Shown: positions 7,622 to 14,925, counted from the stretch's first letter. The stretch is DNA of 20,000 nucleotides from an uncultured virus (IMG/VR IMGVR_UViG_3300037400_003073) (IMGVR_UViG_3300037400_003073), one strand, 5' to 3'. Notes: generated by a model not told the origin, from the sequence alone. Made by a program: numbers and translations.

Positions 7622-7738
7622 AAAAACGGCAATTTCTGAAAAATATTTTTCAAAACTATTGACCGTGAACAAATAAATTTCTATATATAGAAATGTGAGA
7701 GCGATAAAGCCCCACAAAAAACAAGAGGTAACAAAATG
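7622..7738 (+). promoter_or_regulatory. Repeated early promoter-leader unit, copy B
   Basis: Same 21-bp box (7622-7642), TTGACC(7659)-17 bp-TATATA(7682), CAAGAGGTAACAAAATG. Confidence 0.85.
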
Positions 7739-7954
7739 AAAAGAATGACTTTCAAAACGATTTGCGAAAAGTTAGCCGCAAAATCCATCGTAAAGATTAG
7801 CACTACTTGGGGATGGCAGATTTGCAAGTCCGAAGAAATTAAGATTGATTCCAAAAAGAAAATTTTCGAAATTCCTGCATTTAGCAAATATTGGGGAGCG
7901 TATATGCACCCCGTGCGTTGCGGCGAAGTCATTTCTATTGAGAATGCAGCATAA
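7736..7954 (+). CDS. Hypothetical early protein
   Basis: 72 aa ORF directly behind promoter copy B. Confidence 0.75.
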   Translation: MKRMTFKTICEKLAAKSIVKISTTWGWQICKSEEIKIDSKKKIFEIPAFSKYWGAYMHPVRCGEVISIENAA

Positions 7955-7965
7955 GGGGGCGGATC

Positions 7966-8265
7966 ATGATTTCTTTGCATAACAGAATCGAACGCGATTT
8001 CCGCGAATGGCTCGCCAAGAACGGCGAAGCCGGGGCAACCTTCGGGGAGCAGGGCCGATATACGGTCATTACCCTTACCAAAGATGCAGAAGGTGATTTT
8101 GCCGCCTACCTCGAAGAATTTTGCAAGGCCGAAGCCTTCGACATTAAGAATTCGATTGGCCTTTATCGCTCCCCGGAATTTTTCTTCCGCGATGCAAAAA
8201 CCTTGATGTTCCAGCGTCATTTCACAACGGAACGTCCCACGAAACAACTTTGTGAATTTATTTAG
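7966..8265 (+). CDS. Hypothetical protein
   Basis: 99 aa ORF with AAGGGGG RBS. Confidence 0.7.
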   Translation: MISLHNRIERDFREWLAKNGEAGATFGEQGRYTVITLTKDAEGDFAAYLEEFCKAEAFDIKNSIGLYRSPEFFFRDAKTLMFQRHFTTERPTKQLCEFI

Positions 8266-8273
8266 GTGGAAGC

Positions 8274-8501
8274 ATGACACGCGAAGAATTTATCGAGTAC
8301 ACCAAAAGGGCCCTTGCGCCTACGCTGAAAAGGCGCAAGCTGAAAAACGGAAACCTCATGATTTTCTACATCAAGAATCAATACGTAGAAATCCCGCCGG
8401 AGGTTTGGAATTTCCAGCCGGAGGACACTTGCGAAGCTAAGCGTCAAGAACGCCTTGCAGGTGTTTTCTATGATCTTTTCACCGCAAAAAATAAGAGGTA
8501 A
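8274..8501 (+). CDS. Hypothetical protein
   Basis: 75 aa ORF tiling between neighbours. Confidence 0.65.
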   Translation: MTREEFIEYTKRALAPTLKRRKLKNGNLMIFYIKNQYVEIPPEVWNFQPEDTCEAKRQERLAGVFYDLFTAKNKR

Positions 8502-8505
8502 CAAA

Positions 8506-8802
8506 ATGAATACAAATGAACAAAAATTCGACTGCCTTTCAGTCACTCACGTCGAAGTTTCAGTTTTCAAGCAAGGGGCTTATCTTGGAAAGCTTCGCGG
8601 ATTTGCTACGATTGTCTTGAACGGCCAATTGCAGATTCGCGGCTTGATGATCATGGATTCTGAAAATGGCCTTTACGTCGGTTATCCGACCGATCCGTAT
8701 TGCCGCGAAGACTTCCAGCACATGGTTCTTCCGATGACGCGGGCACTTCGCGAACACATCGAAAATTGCGTTCTTGAAAAATACCAGCAGGCGATAGGCT
8801 GA
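8506..8802 (+). CDS. spoVG: SpoVG-family nucleic-acid-binding protein
   Basis: VTHVEV...KLRGFATIVLNGQLQIRGLMIMDSENGLYVGYP...PMTRALREHIENCVLEKY matches the SpoVG pattern; AAGAGGTAACAAAATG start. Confidence 0.85.
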   Translation: MNTNEQKFDCLSVTHVEVSVFKQGAYLGKLRGFATIVLNGQLQIRGLMIMDSENGLYVGYPTDPYCREDFQHMVLPMTRALREHIENCVLEKYQQAIG

Positions 8803-8804
8803 TT

Positions 8805-9638
8805 ATGGCGAAGTCTTCGACAAACGAAATAGCGAAAATTCTCGACCGCATACAAGGTTTCGATACTTACACGGTTATCCGTGACTTTTTCGAGATTTCC
8901 GCCATTTCGATTAGGAATAACGTAGATTATGGCAAGGAGCGCGATTCGTACGAACAACGTTATCTAGCCATAATCAAGAAGTACAGAAAGGAAGATTTGG
9001 CCGTATTTGTCGAAGCGTTGGGCGTGTTCATGGGATTGATTCAGAAGGCTATGGACGGCGATATTCCTTTTCGCGATTTCGCTGGCGAAATCTACATGGA
9101 TTCGGGCACCAGCAGCGGCAAGGCCGGTCAATTCTTCACGCCTTACCATGTGTCGCACCTCATGGCCGAAGTCAACTTCGACAAGGACAAACTAAAGGCC
9201 GAAATCGCGGCGGACCCGGATCACGTTATCACTATCGCCGAACCGACTTGCGGCGCGGGCGGGCTTATCGTCGCTGCAATCGACGTTCTCAAGGATGCGG
9301 GCATTAATTATGCTTGGAACGCCTTCGTGGATTGTGGCGACATTGACGCCCGATGCGTACACATGACGTATCTTACTTTGTCATTGCTTGGCGTCCCTGC
9401 CGTTGTGCGCCGTGGCGATGCGCTGGCCCTTGACTACTCCGAAACGTGGTACACGCCCGCGTATATCTTCGCTTGGCCGCACTTCAAGAGCCGTTTGCGT
9501 GGCGGCAAATATCCGTCAACCCCAACGGTGCAGGAAGCCCCGCAAGAGCCGCAGACGGCCCCGGTCGTTGAAGTTCCGCAGGTTGTCCCGGCTCCCATCC
9601 CGTTGATGGACGAGAACGGCCAACTTTCACTTTTTTAG
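8805..9638 (+). CDS. N6-adenine methyltransferase-like protein (HsdM/N6_Mtase-like) lacking the NPPY/F motif
   Basis: GQFFTPYHVS (motif X), EPTCGAGG (SAM-binding motif I), CGDID, GDAL; no NPPY/F; Pro-rich tail ending GQLSLF. Confidence 0.8.
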   Translation: MAKSSTNEIAKILDRIQGFDTYTVIRDFFEISAISIRNNVDYGKERDSYEQRYLAIIKKYRKEDLAVFVEALGVFMGLIQKAMDGDIPFRDFAGEIYMDSGTSSGKAGQFFTPYHVSHLMAEVNFDKDKLKAEIAADPDHVITIAEPTCGAGGLIVAAIDVLKDAGINYAWNAFVDCGDIDARCVHMTYLTLSLLGVPAVVRRGDALALDYSETWYTPAYIFAWPHFKSRLRGGKYPSTPTVQEAPQEPQTAPVVEVPQVVPAPIPLMDENGQLSLF

Positions 9639-9648
9639 CGAGGTAACT

Positions 9649-9951
9649 TTGCAGAATTGGGAACAACTTATTGCGGATAAGGTAGCTCCCGAATGGAGAA
9701 GGCACCGCCTAGAAGTTCAGAAGGCTTGGAAGGCAAGAAAAAGGGCAGAAAAAAAGGAGCTTGAAAAAATGAGAACAAATGCAAAAGTAGGCGACACGAT
9801 CCGAATTATCGAAATGAAGGGCGAACCGCGCTATGATGGAAAAATTGGTGTTGTCGAGCATATCGACGACATCGGACAAGTTCACGGCACTTGGGGCGGA
9901 TGCGCTATCCAGCCGGAGCGCGACACCTTCGAAATCTTGCAACACGCATGA
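9649..9951 (+). CDS. DUF4314-domain protein (start could be ATG 9769)
   Basis: VGDTIRIIEMKGEPRYDGKIGVVEHIDDIGQVHGTWGGCAIQPERDTF resembles DUF4314. Confidence 0.7.
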   Translation: MQNWEQLIADKVAPEWRRHRLEVQKAWKARKRAEKKELEKMRTNAKVGDTIRIIEMKGEPRYDGKIGVVEHIDDIGQVHGTWGGCAIQPERDTFEILQHA

Positions 9952-9960
9952 GGTAAATAA

Positions 9961-10338
9961 ATGAAGTTTGAAGAAATTTATAAAAAAGTTCTTGATAGTG
10001 ATAAAAAGTTTAAAGGGCTAGGCATCCCAATAAATTTAGATTTTAAGATTGAAGATTTGCGTGACGCTCTTATAGAATCAAATGATAAAATCGAAGAACT
10101 AAAATCCATTAATAAAAAAGAGCTTGATGCGCTCCGAAAGGAAAACGCCTACTTGCGGCGGCTTGTAGCTCACGCCTTGAGCGGGTGGGCTATGGGAATG
10201 AGCATGGCAAACGTTTATCTTTCAAAAGGTTCAAGAGAAAAGCAAATTAAATATTATATGGTGTTCAAAAAATTCGAAAACCTGCACAATATCGAAAAGG
10301 ACAAGTGGAGAAAAGAAAAAGCGGAGTCATACAAATGA
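9961..10338 (+). CDS. Hypothetical coiled-coil protein
   Basis: 125 aa ORF with GAGGT RBS. Confidence 0.7.
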   Translation: MKFEEIYKKVLDSDKKFKGLGIPINLDFKIEDLRDALIESNDKIEELKSINKKELDALRKENAYLRRLVAHALSGWAMGMSMANVYLSKGSREKQIKYYMVFKKFENLHNIEKDKWRKEKAESYK

Positions 10339-10475
10339 ATGAAAAAGTCTTCCCGACTATACTTATCATTCTCGATTTCTTCGCCGCCGTACCGTATGGC
10401 GTAAAGGGCGATCTCAAGATGTTTGTCTATTGGGTGGCGGCTGGAGTGTTGACTTTATCCGTAACTTGGCTATAA
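10335..10475 (+). CDS. 46-aa two-helix membrane protein
   Basis: MNEKVFPTILIILDFFAAVPYGVKGDLKMFVYWVAAGVLTLSVTWL; GGAG RBS and ATGA overlap. Confidence 0.7.
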   Translation: MNEKVFPTILIILDFFAAVPYGVKGDLKMFVYWVAAGVLTLSVTWL

Positions 10476-10485
10476 AGGAATACAA

Positions 10486-10671
10486 ATGAATAATGCAGAA
10501 TTAAAAGGGAAATATCTTGAAACAGTTATTCGTCAAGAAGGCCGCCATGTTACACTTGAATTTTTTCCGAACAACAGGCATAATGCTTTTGTCTGTAACA
10601 TGAAGCGGATCGCGAAAGAATTTCACCTCAAAGTAATTTGGAAACAAAAAGATTATGAAAAATCCAGCTAG
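10486..10671 (+). CDS. Hypothetical protein
   Basis: 61 aa ORF with AAGGA RBS. Confidence 0.65.
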   Translation: MNNAELKGKYLETVIRQEGRHVTLEFFPNNRHNAFVCNMKRIAKEFHLKVIWKQKDYEKSS

Positions 10672-10864
10672 ACAACATAGGGCCGAATCAATGTGGTGCA
10701 AGATTGCTCCATATCGTGACAAACTAAAAGAGGATTGCCCCCCAAAAATCAAGCTCATTTTAATGGTGAATAGATGGATCAACCCTTGGCACGCTTTGCA
10801 GGACCTCGAAAAAGAAATCCCGTTCAAGCGTAGGCAGGAATTGAAAAAGGTTATTGGCTTATGA
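10655..10864 (+). CDS. Hypothetical protein
   Basis: 69 aa ORF overlapping both neighbours. Confidence 0.6.
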   Translation: MKNPARQHRAESMWCKIAPYRDKLKEDCPPKIKLILMVNRWINPWHALQDLEKEIPFKRRQELKKVIGL

Positions 10865-11034
10865 AAAATTCAGAACTACATAACGAAGGCTTTATAGAGT
10901 ACATGGCTTGCCAGGTTTGCGGTTACGTCAAGTATTGCAAGGCAACGCCGCGCGGCTGGATTTGCCGTTCATGCGATAGAATCGCAAAGGAAAAGAAAAA
11001 TGAGGTAATGACTGATGGCAGCGATTCCGAATAA
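10861..11034 (+). CDS. Small zinc-ribbon-like protein (57 aa)
   Basis: CQVC...CRSC pairs; ATGA overlap. Confidence 0.6.
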   Translation: MKNSELHNEGFIEYMACQVCGYVKYCKATPRGWICRSCDRIAKEKKNEVMTDGSDSE

Positions 11035-11347
11035 GATGTTTACGCATAAGCGAATACAGAAGATGCTGGAAGCATACCGCGACGATACAAGCGTTTTCGC
11101 GACAGAAACGGAATACTATCTTGCCTTGTATGCAAAGGAAATGTGGCAGCGTTTGAACGCGCTGAAAGAGTGGACGGAGCGGTATAGGCTGAACACCGAA
11201 AGCATCGAAGCGTTCATGAAACGAGAAACGGCGAAGCCAAAAAAGAACCGCGTGGATTGGCCCACGTTTGAGAAGTTTATGCACAAGCGTAAGTTGGCCC
11301 TGCACGATTGCGAACTTGGCCGACGCGAAATCATGGATATTGAATAA
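11015..11347 (+). CDS. Hypothetical protein
   Basis: 110 aa ORF with GAGGT RBS. Confidence 0.7.
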   Translation: MAAIPNKMFTHKRIQKMLEAYRDDTSVFATETEYYLALYAKEMWQRLNALKEWTERYRLNTESIEAFMKRETAKPKKNRVDWPTFEKFMHKRKLALHDCELGRREIMDIE

Positions 11348-11364
11348 AGATAAGGAATATAAAA

Positions 11365-11475
11365 ATGAGCAAATTTAGTTGGTTCACAAGTACAGAACGA
11401 TACGATGGCGGTTGGTATAAATGCAATGCCCGCGTAGAACTTATTGGTAATACGTTATCATTTACCGACTCTTGA
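11365..11475 (+). CDS. 36-aa ORF, possibly truncated
   Basis: TAAGGA RBS; MSKFSWFTSTERYDGGWYKCNARVELIGNTLSFTDS. Confidence 0.4.
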   Translation: MSKFSWFTSTERYDGGWYKCNARVELIGNTLSFTDS

Positions 11476-11524
11476 TCCTAAACGTATTAACCAAATTAAC
11501 CGAATAAAAAAAAGGAGGTCGCAC

Positions 11525-11575
11525 ATGGCTTGCGGTGGCAAGAAATCCGGCGGCAAGAAACCGCCGAAAAAGTAG
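11525..11575 (+). CDS. 16-aa basic micropeptide MACGGKKSGGKKPPKK
   Basis: AAGGAGGT RBS just upstream of the ATG; last ORF before the terminator. Confidence 0.65.
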   Translation: MACGGKKSGGKKPPKK

Positions 11576-11594
11576 CATTCGTTTGGATGCAAGA

Positions 11595-11630
11595 AGGGCG
11601 CATGGCTGATGCCGTGCGCCCTGTTTTTTT
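11595..11630 (+). terminator. Intrinsic terminator facing the integrase 3' end
   Basis: AGGGCGCATGGC-TGAT-GCCGTGCGCCCT then G and T7. Confidence 0.85.
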
Positions 11631-11662
11631 AGGATTGGATTGATTGAGTTTGATATAATGTT

Positions 11663-12682
11663 TTATGCGAGGTTAACCGCGTCCGTCAAGTCTTCCTTGA
11701 GTACGTGAGAGTACACAGACAAAGTGATCATGGGCGTAGAGTGGCGTAAAAGCCGCTGGGTCGTGACGACGCTTGCGCCGCCCCTCAAGAGGTTGGACGC
11801 GAAAGAATGGCGGAAGCGGTGACAGTTTGCGCGGCCTTCGAACTTTATCCCGGCTGCTGCACATGCCTTCTTGATTTCCCGATTCGTCGCCGTATTCGTC
11901 ACCTTGTCTGTAAATATTGCCCCGGACCCCGGCACGGTTGCACCGTCCAAGAAGCGGCACATTTCCGCGCGTAATTTCGCCGATACGGGCACTTTGGCGA
12001 ACTTCCCGCCCTTACCCATTACCTTTATGAAATCGCCCTCGAAATCGCCCCAAACGGCCTTTTGCGCTTCGAAAAATCGGAACCCCGCGTAAGCCATGAT
12101 CGCAAAGCAGAAGCGAAACTCTTTGTCCTTTTCTGCATCAAGAATTTTTTCGACTTGCTCCGGGGGCCAAAAACTTTTTTCAGTCTTGCGTATCTTCGGG
12201 TACTTTATACGTGAAAAAGGATTTTCGGCCTTGAGATCCCACGTCTTGAAACACCATTTGAAGAAAAGGCGGCAGACCTTCAATTTTTGGGCGATGGTGT
12301 TCGGCTTCAATCCCTTGAATTTGCATATAAATTCATTCGCCAAGTCAAAAGACAAGTCCGTTATAGATTGCAATCCGTATTCGTCCGCAAAGCTAGCGAG
12401 CGGCGTCAATTGGCTATTGTAATTTCGAATTGTCAAGCCGTCGCCCTTCGTCATTTGCGTGTCATCGAGAAATGCAAAGAGGGCTTTTCGGAACGTCGGG
12501 GCCTTCGCCCAATCTTGCCCCATTAATTCGCCGTTTTTCTGCGTCAAGATGCGGTGGGCTTCGTTCCTGTTTTCCGTTTTGAGCGACTTGTAGCGCATGG
12601 ATTTCGTCTTCGGATCGTACCAGCGCAAGAACCAAGTATAAATTCCCTTCGACCTGTTTTTTTGCTCGATTTCGTATTTCAT
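11663..12682 (-). CDS. int: Tyrosine recombinase / phage integrase
   Basis: Catalytic set GFRFFE (R), GKGGK (K), HRFRHSFA (HxxR), LLRHS (H), SVYSH (Y); N-terminal arm-binding-like WFLRWYDPKTKSMRYKSLKT. Confidence 0.95.
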   Translation of the reverse strand: MKYEIEQKNRSKGIYTWFLRWYDPKTKSMRYKSLKTENRNEAHRILTQKNGELMGQDWAKAPTFRKALFAFLDDTQMTKGDGLTIRNYNSQLTPLASFADEYGLQSITDLSFDLANEFICKFKGLKPNTIAQKLKVCRLFFKWCFKTWDLKAENPFSRIKYPKIRKTEKSFWPPEQVEKILDAEKDKEFRFCFAIMAYAGFRFFEAQKAVWGDFEGDFIKVMGKGGKFAKVPVSAKLRAEMCRFLDGATVPGSGAIFTDKVTNTATNREIKKACAAAGIKFEGRANCHRFRHSFASNLLRGGASVVTTQRLLRHSTPMITLSVYSHVLKEDLTDAVNLA

Positions 12683-12707
12683 GCGGTGCCTTCTGAATTT
12701 ATATTCT

Positions 12708-12941
12708 TCAATCTTCCGGCGTATGCCCGGAGCGTCTAAGCATGGAATCTACTTTGCCTATAATGATGTAAAGAGACTTGTTTATCTCCTTCATTTCTTT
12801 TTCGAGATTATCGAAACGGCTGTTGCCTTCGTCAAGTCTCTTGCTCAATTCCTTGACCCGTGTATAGAGCCAAAATATCAAGAGCATTGCAGGGTAGCCA
12901 AGAACGTTTCCTATATCGCTGAATGCGGACAAATTTTCCAT
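12708..12941 (-). CDS. Small membrane protein (TM helix plus coiled coil, YvrJ/holin-like)
   Basis: IGNVLGYPAMLLIFWLYTRV followed by heptads; AGAGGA RBS; co-oriented just upstream of int. Confidence 0.7.
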   Translation of the reverse strand: MENLSAFSDIGNVLGYPAMLLIFWLYTRVKELSKRLDEGNSRFDNLEKEMKEINKSLYIIIGKVDSMLRRSGHTPED

Positions 12942-13048
12942 GTTGATTCCTCTAAGGTGGTTTCTTTATCCCAAATATACGTTTTTTGATTACAGATAGA
13001 GCTTAATTTGCTTGAAAAGTAGATACGTAAAATAAAAAACGAACATTA

Positions 13049-13112
13049 AAAACATAGATAAAAAAATAGAAAACATAGATAATTTATTTTTAAAACCGCT
13101 AAAAATAGCGGT
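13049..13112. repeat. Direct repeats and palindrome in the divergent AT-rich region upstream of int
   Basis: AAAACATAGATAA at 13049-13061 and 13070-13082 (21-bp period); ACCGCTA-AAAA-TAGCGGT at 13095-13112. Confidence 0.7.
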
Positions 13113-13139
13113 AAAAAGTATATCATAATGTAATTACAC

Positions 13140-13268
13140 AAGGGCGAAAACCGGGGGCGGCGGACCATCCAGCCGGAGCGGGCGGGATGGTAACAATTTG
13201 CCGCCGCTGGCGAAATGATCGCCGTCTACTCACATTTAGGGCTTTTTCGACGCACTTTTTTTGTTTTT
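13140..13268 (+). ncRNA. Candidate small structured RNA
   Basis: GC-rich island in AT-rich DNA after CATAAT (13124). Stems GCGGCGG/CCGCCGC (13157/13201), ACCATCC/GGATGGT (13164/13185), GGCGA/TCGCC (13209/13219), CGAAAA/TTTTCG; ends in a T-rich tract. Confidence 0.45.
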
Positions 13269-13309
13269 ATGAGTGTAATTTTTTTTTAACTAATTCCCGA
13301 AAATAGAGC

Positions 13310-13437
13310 AAAAACGGCAATTTCTGAAAATTTTTGAAAAAAGTTAATCCGAACTATTGACCGACTAAAAAGAAAATTCTATATATAGAAACGTGAGAGC
13401 GACAAAGCCCCGCAAAAAAACAAGAGGTAACAAAATG
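13310..13437 (+). promoter_or_regulatory. Repeated early promoter-leader unit, copy C
   Basis: Same 21-bp box (13310-13330), TTGACC(13357)-17 bp-TATATA(13380), CAAGAGGTAACAAAATG. Confidence 0.85.
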
Positions 13438-14241
13438 GAATACAAAATCATCAAGAACGAAGAACATAACGGCTTGGAAATCTACTTCGACGCAAAGCCG
13501 ACCGAAGAAGTCCGTTCCGCACTCAAGGAAATCAAGTTCCGCTGGCATGGCGTGAAAAAGTGCTGGTATGGCCGCGCTGAACTTGCAACCGTTGAAAATA
13601 TTCTTGGCGGAAAGATTGTCGAAATGAAAACCGCCCGCGCCGAAATTTTGAATAAGTGCTTCTGCAAGACCGTTGACGCATACCTTGACACGGACGGCGG
13701 GTATAAGGGCAGCAATTCCCACGTAAGCGCGTATGACGTGCCGGACAAGGCTCGCGAGATTATCAAGGCTTGCGGCATCAAGGGCGTCACCGTATCGAAA
13801 AAGTGCGCTTCTATGTGCGTCGAAATCATCGTGAAAGTCCGCCTTTTGGATGGCGACGTGAAGCCGTTCGAGGAATGCCGCGAAGCCCTTGAGGACGTGA
13901 ACGCCAACGGCTATCTTCATGGCGGCTGGATCGTGGACCCGGACGACAATCACGAAGTTCATTTTTGCTATTGGAATGAATGGGACGGTGAAAAGCAGCG
14001 CCGCGCCGTGGCTCTTTGGGCTAGAAATAAGTATGAAACATACGTCAACGGCTACCCGTTCAGTATTACTCACGGCTGGCAGCTCAAGCCGGAAGAAGCC
14101 CCGATGTTCACGGAGCAGTTCTTCGACCGCTGGCAGGCCATGACGAAGATTATTTCCTCTTTTAATTGGAATCGGAGCAATAGCCAAGTAGATTACTTCG
14201 ATGTGAATTTCTACGAAGAATGGATTATCAAGGCCGCATAG
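13435..14241 (+). CDS. Polyvalent-protein-associated domain protein (LPD29-like C-terminus)
   Basis: N-terminal GLEIYFDAKPTEEVRSALKEIKFRWHGVKKCWY and C-terminal FNWNRSNSQVDYFDVNFY motifs, recalled from large polyvalent proteins of phages and conjugative elements. Confidence 0.65.
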   Translation: MEYKIIKNEEHNGLEIYFDAKPTEEVRSALKEIKFRWHGVKKCWYGRAELATVENILGGKIVEMKTARAEILNKCFCKTVDAYLDTDGGYKGSNSHVSAYDVPDKAREIIKACGIKGVTVSKKCASMCVEIIVKVRLLDGDVKPFEECREALEDVNANGYLHGGWIVDPDDNHEVHFCYWNEWDGEKQRRAVALWARNKYETYVNGYPFSITHGWQLKPEEAPMFTEQFFDRWQAMTKIISSFNWNRSNSQVDYFDVNFYEEWIIKAA

Positions 14242-14266
14242 CGGCAGGCGTGGCCCGCCACGGTGC

Positions 14267-14299
14267 GCCCGACACCCTCAACAAACGGGCATCTTTTTT
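14267..14299 (+). terminator. Weak terminator/attenuator-like hairpin
   Basis: GCCCG-14 nt-CGGGC then ATC and T6; preceded by CGTGG-CCCG-CCACG. Confidence 0.4.
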
Positions 14300-14325
14300 A
14301 ACAAAATAAACAAGAGGATAAAATC

Positions 14326-14619
14326 ATGATGGTTCAGTTTGACGGATTGACACGCGAACAAGTTCTTTGCGCTCTCTACAACTTTTCGCGTCCTCAAGGA
14401 ATGGGTTTTCTCAACTATGACCCCATGCCCTTGAAAATTTCCGAAGCAAAGGAAACGCTATCTAATGGCGAATACGTTGATTACTTGAAGGGCCGCGTTA
14501 TCAAGGTTAGATTGAACGAAAATGCCAAGGAATTTGACGCGCGTCTATATGATCGCGATTGCGGACAAGGTGCAGCAGAAGCAGCTATTAAACGTTATAA
14601 AAAACTTGGATTTTTTTAA
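14326..14619 (+). CDS. Conserved phage hypothetical protein
   Basis: VLCALYNFSRPQGMGFL...DYLKGRVIKV...LYDRDCGQGAA pattern recalled from unnamed phage proteins; CAAGAGG RBS. Confidence 0.75.
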   Translation: MMVQFDGLTREQVLCALYNFSRPQGMGFLNYDPMPLKISEAKETLSNGEYVDYLKGRVIKVRLNENAKEFDARLYDRDCGQGAAEAAIKRYKKLGFF

Positions 14620-14625
14620 TAAACG

Positions 14626-14890
14626 GCGGTCACCTTGTCACAACCAATTATCACACAAGCCCATATTTGGCACGGTGGCCGTCCCCATTTCGAAATTCGA
14701 TTTTTGGTTCTAGAGCGCAGCAAACGTGAACTAGGTAAAGTAATTGACGGGGTTTGCACGTTCCTTTTACCTGCATTACTTCCGCTCGAATTTCGGCTCC
14801 GGGCCCCGGAGGATAGGGGCAACCTTTTCCCGGCTCTCTTTCCCCTCTTGAGAGAGTTTACCGACGCCCGGCGGTGCGTGGGAATACCGC
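14626..14890 (+). ncRNA. Candidate ~265-nt structured RNA / leader
   Basis: Stems 14626-14634/14674-14682, 14691-14700/14786-14795 (10 bp perfect), 14733-14740/14765-14772, GCAA-tetraloop hairpin 14811-14830, 14834-14839/14851-14856, 14871-14876/14885-14890. Confidence 0.5.
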
Positions 14891-14925
14891 TACAAGTTTT
14901 GAACACTTAACTTATAGGTAAATGA

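Noticed and set aside
5074..8280. Long minus-strand ORFs (5074-5895, 6475-7356, 7681-8280; also 13354-14187 and 15722-16306)
   Set aside because: Antisense shadows of well-supported + strand genes, with no motifs or RBS support.
13118..13145. dif-like site (CATAATGTAATTA)
   Set aside because: Only CATAATGTA resembles dif; the XerD arm TTATGTTAAAT is absent. Better read as a -10 element.
9907..13180. 14-bp exact match ATCCAGCCGGAGCG at 9907 and 13167
   Set aside because: About one such match is expected by chance in 20 kb, and one copy is inside a CDS.
6405..13437. Repeats as a CRISPR array or integron attC sites
   Set aside because: Spacing is kilobases and irregular, the units contain -35/-10/RBS, and they lack attC inverted-core structure.
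13137..14890. Known riboswitch, ribozyme or group II intron identity for the structured regions at 13140-13268 and 14626-14890
   Set aside because: I could not find the cores of c-di-GMP-I, SAM-I, cobalamin, hammerhead or group II domain V; an Rfam scan is needed.
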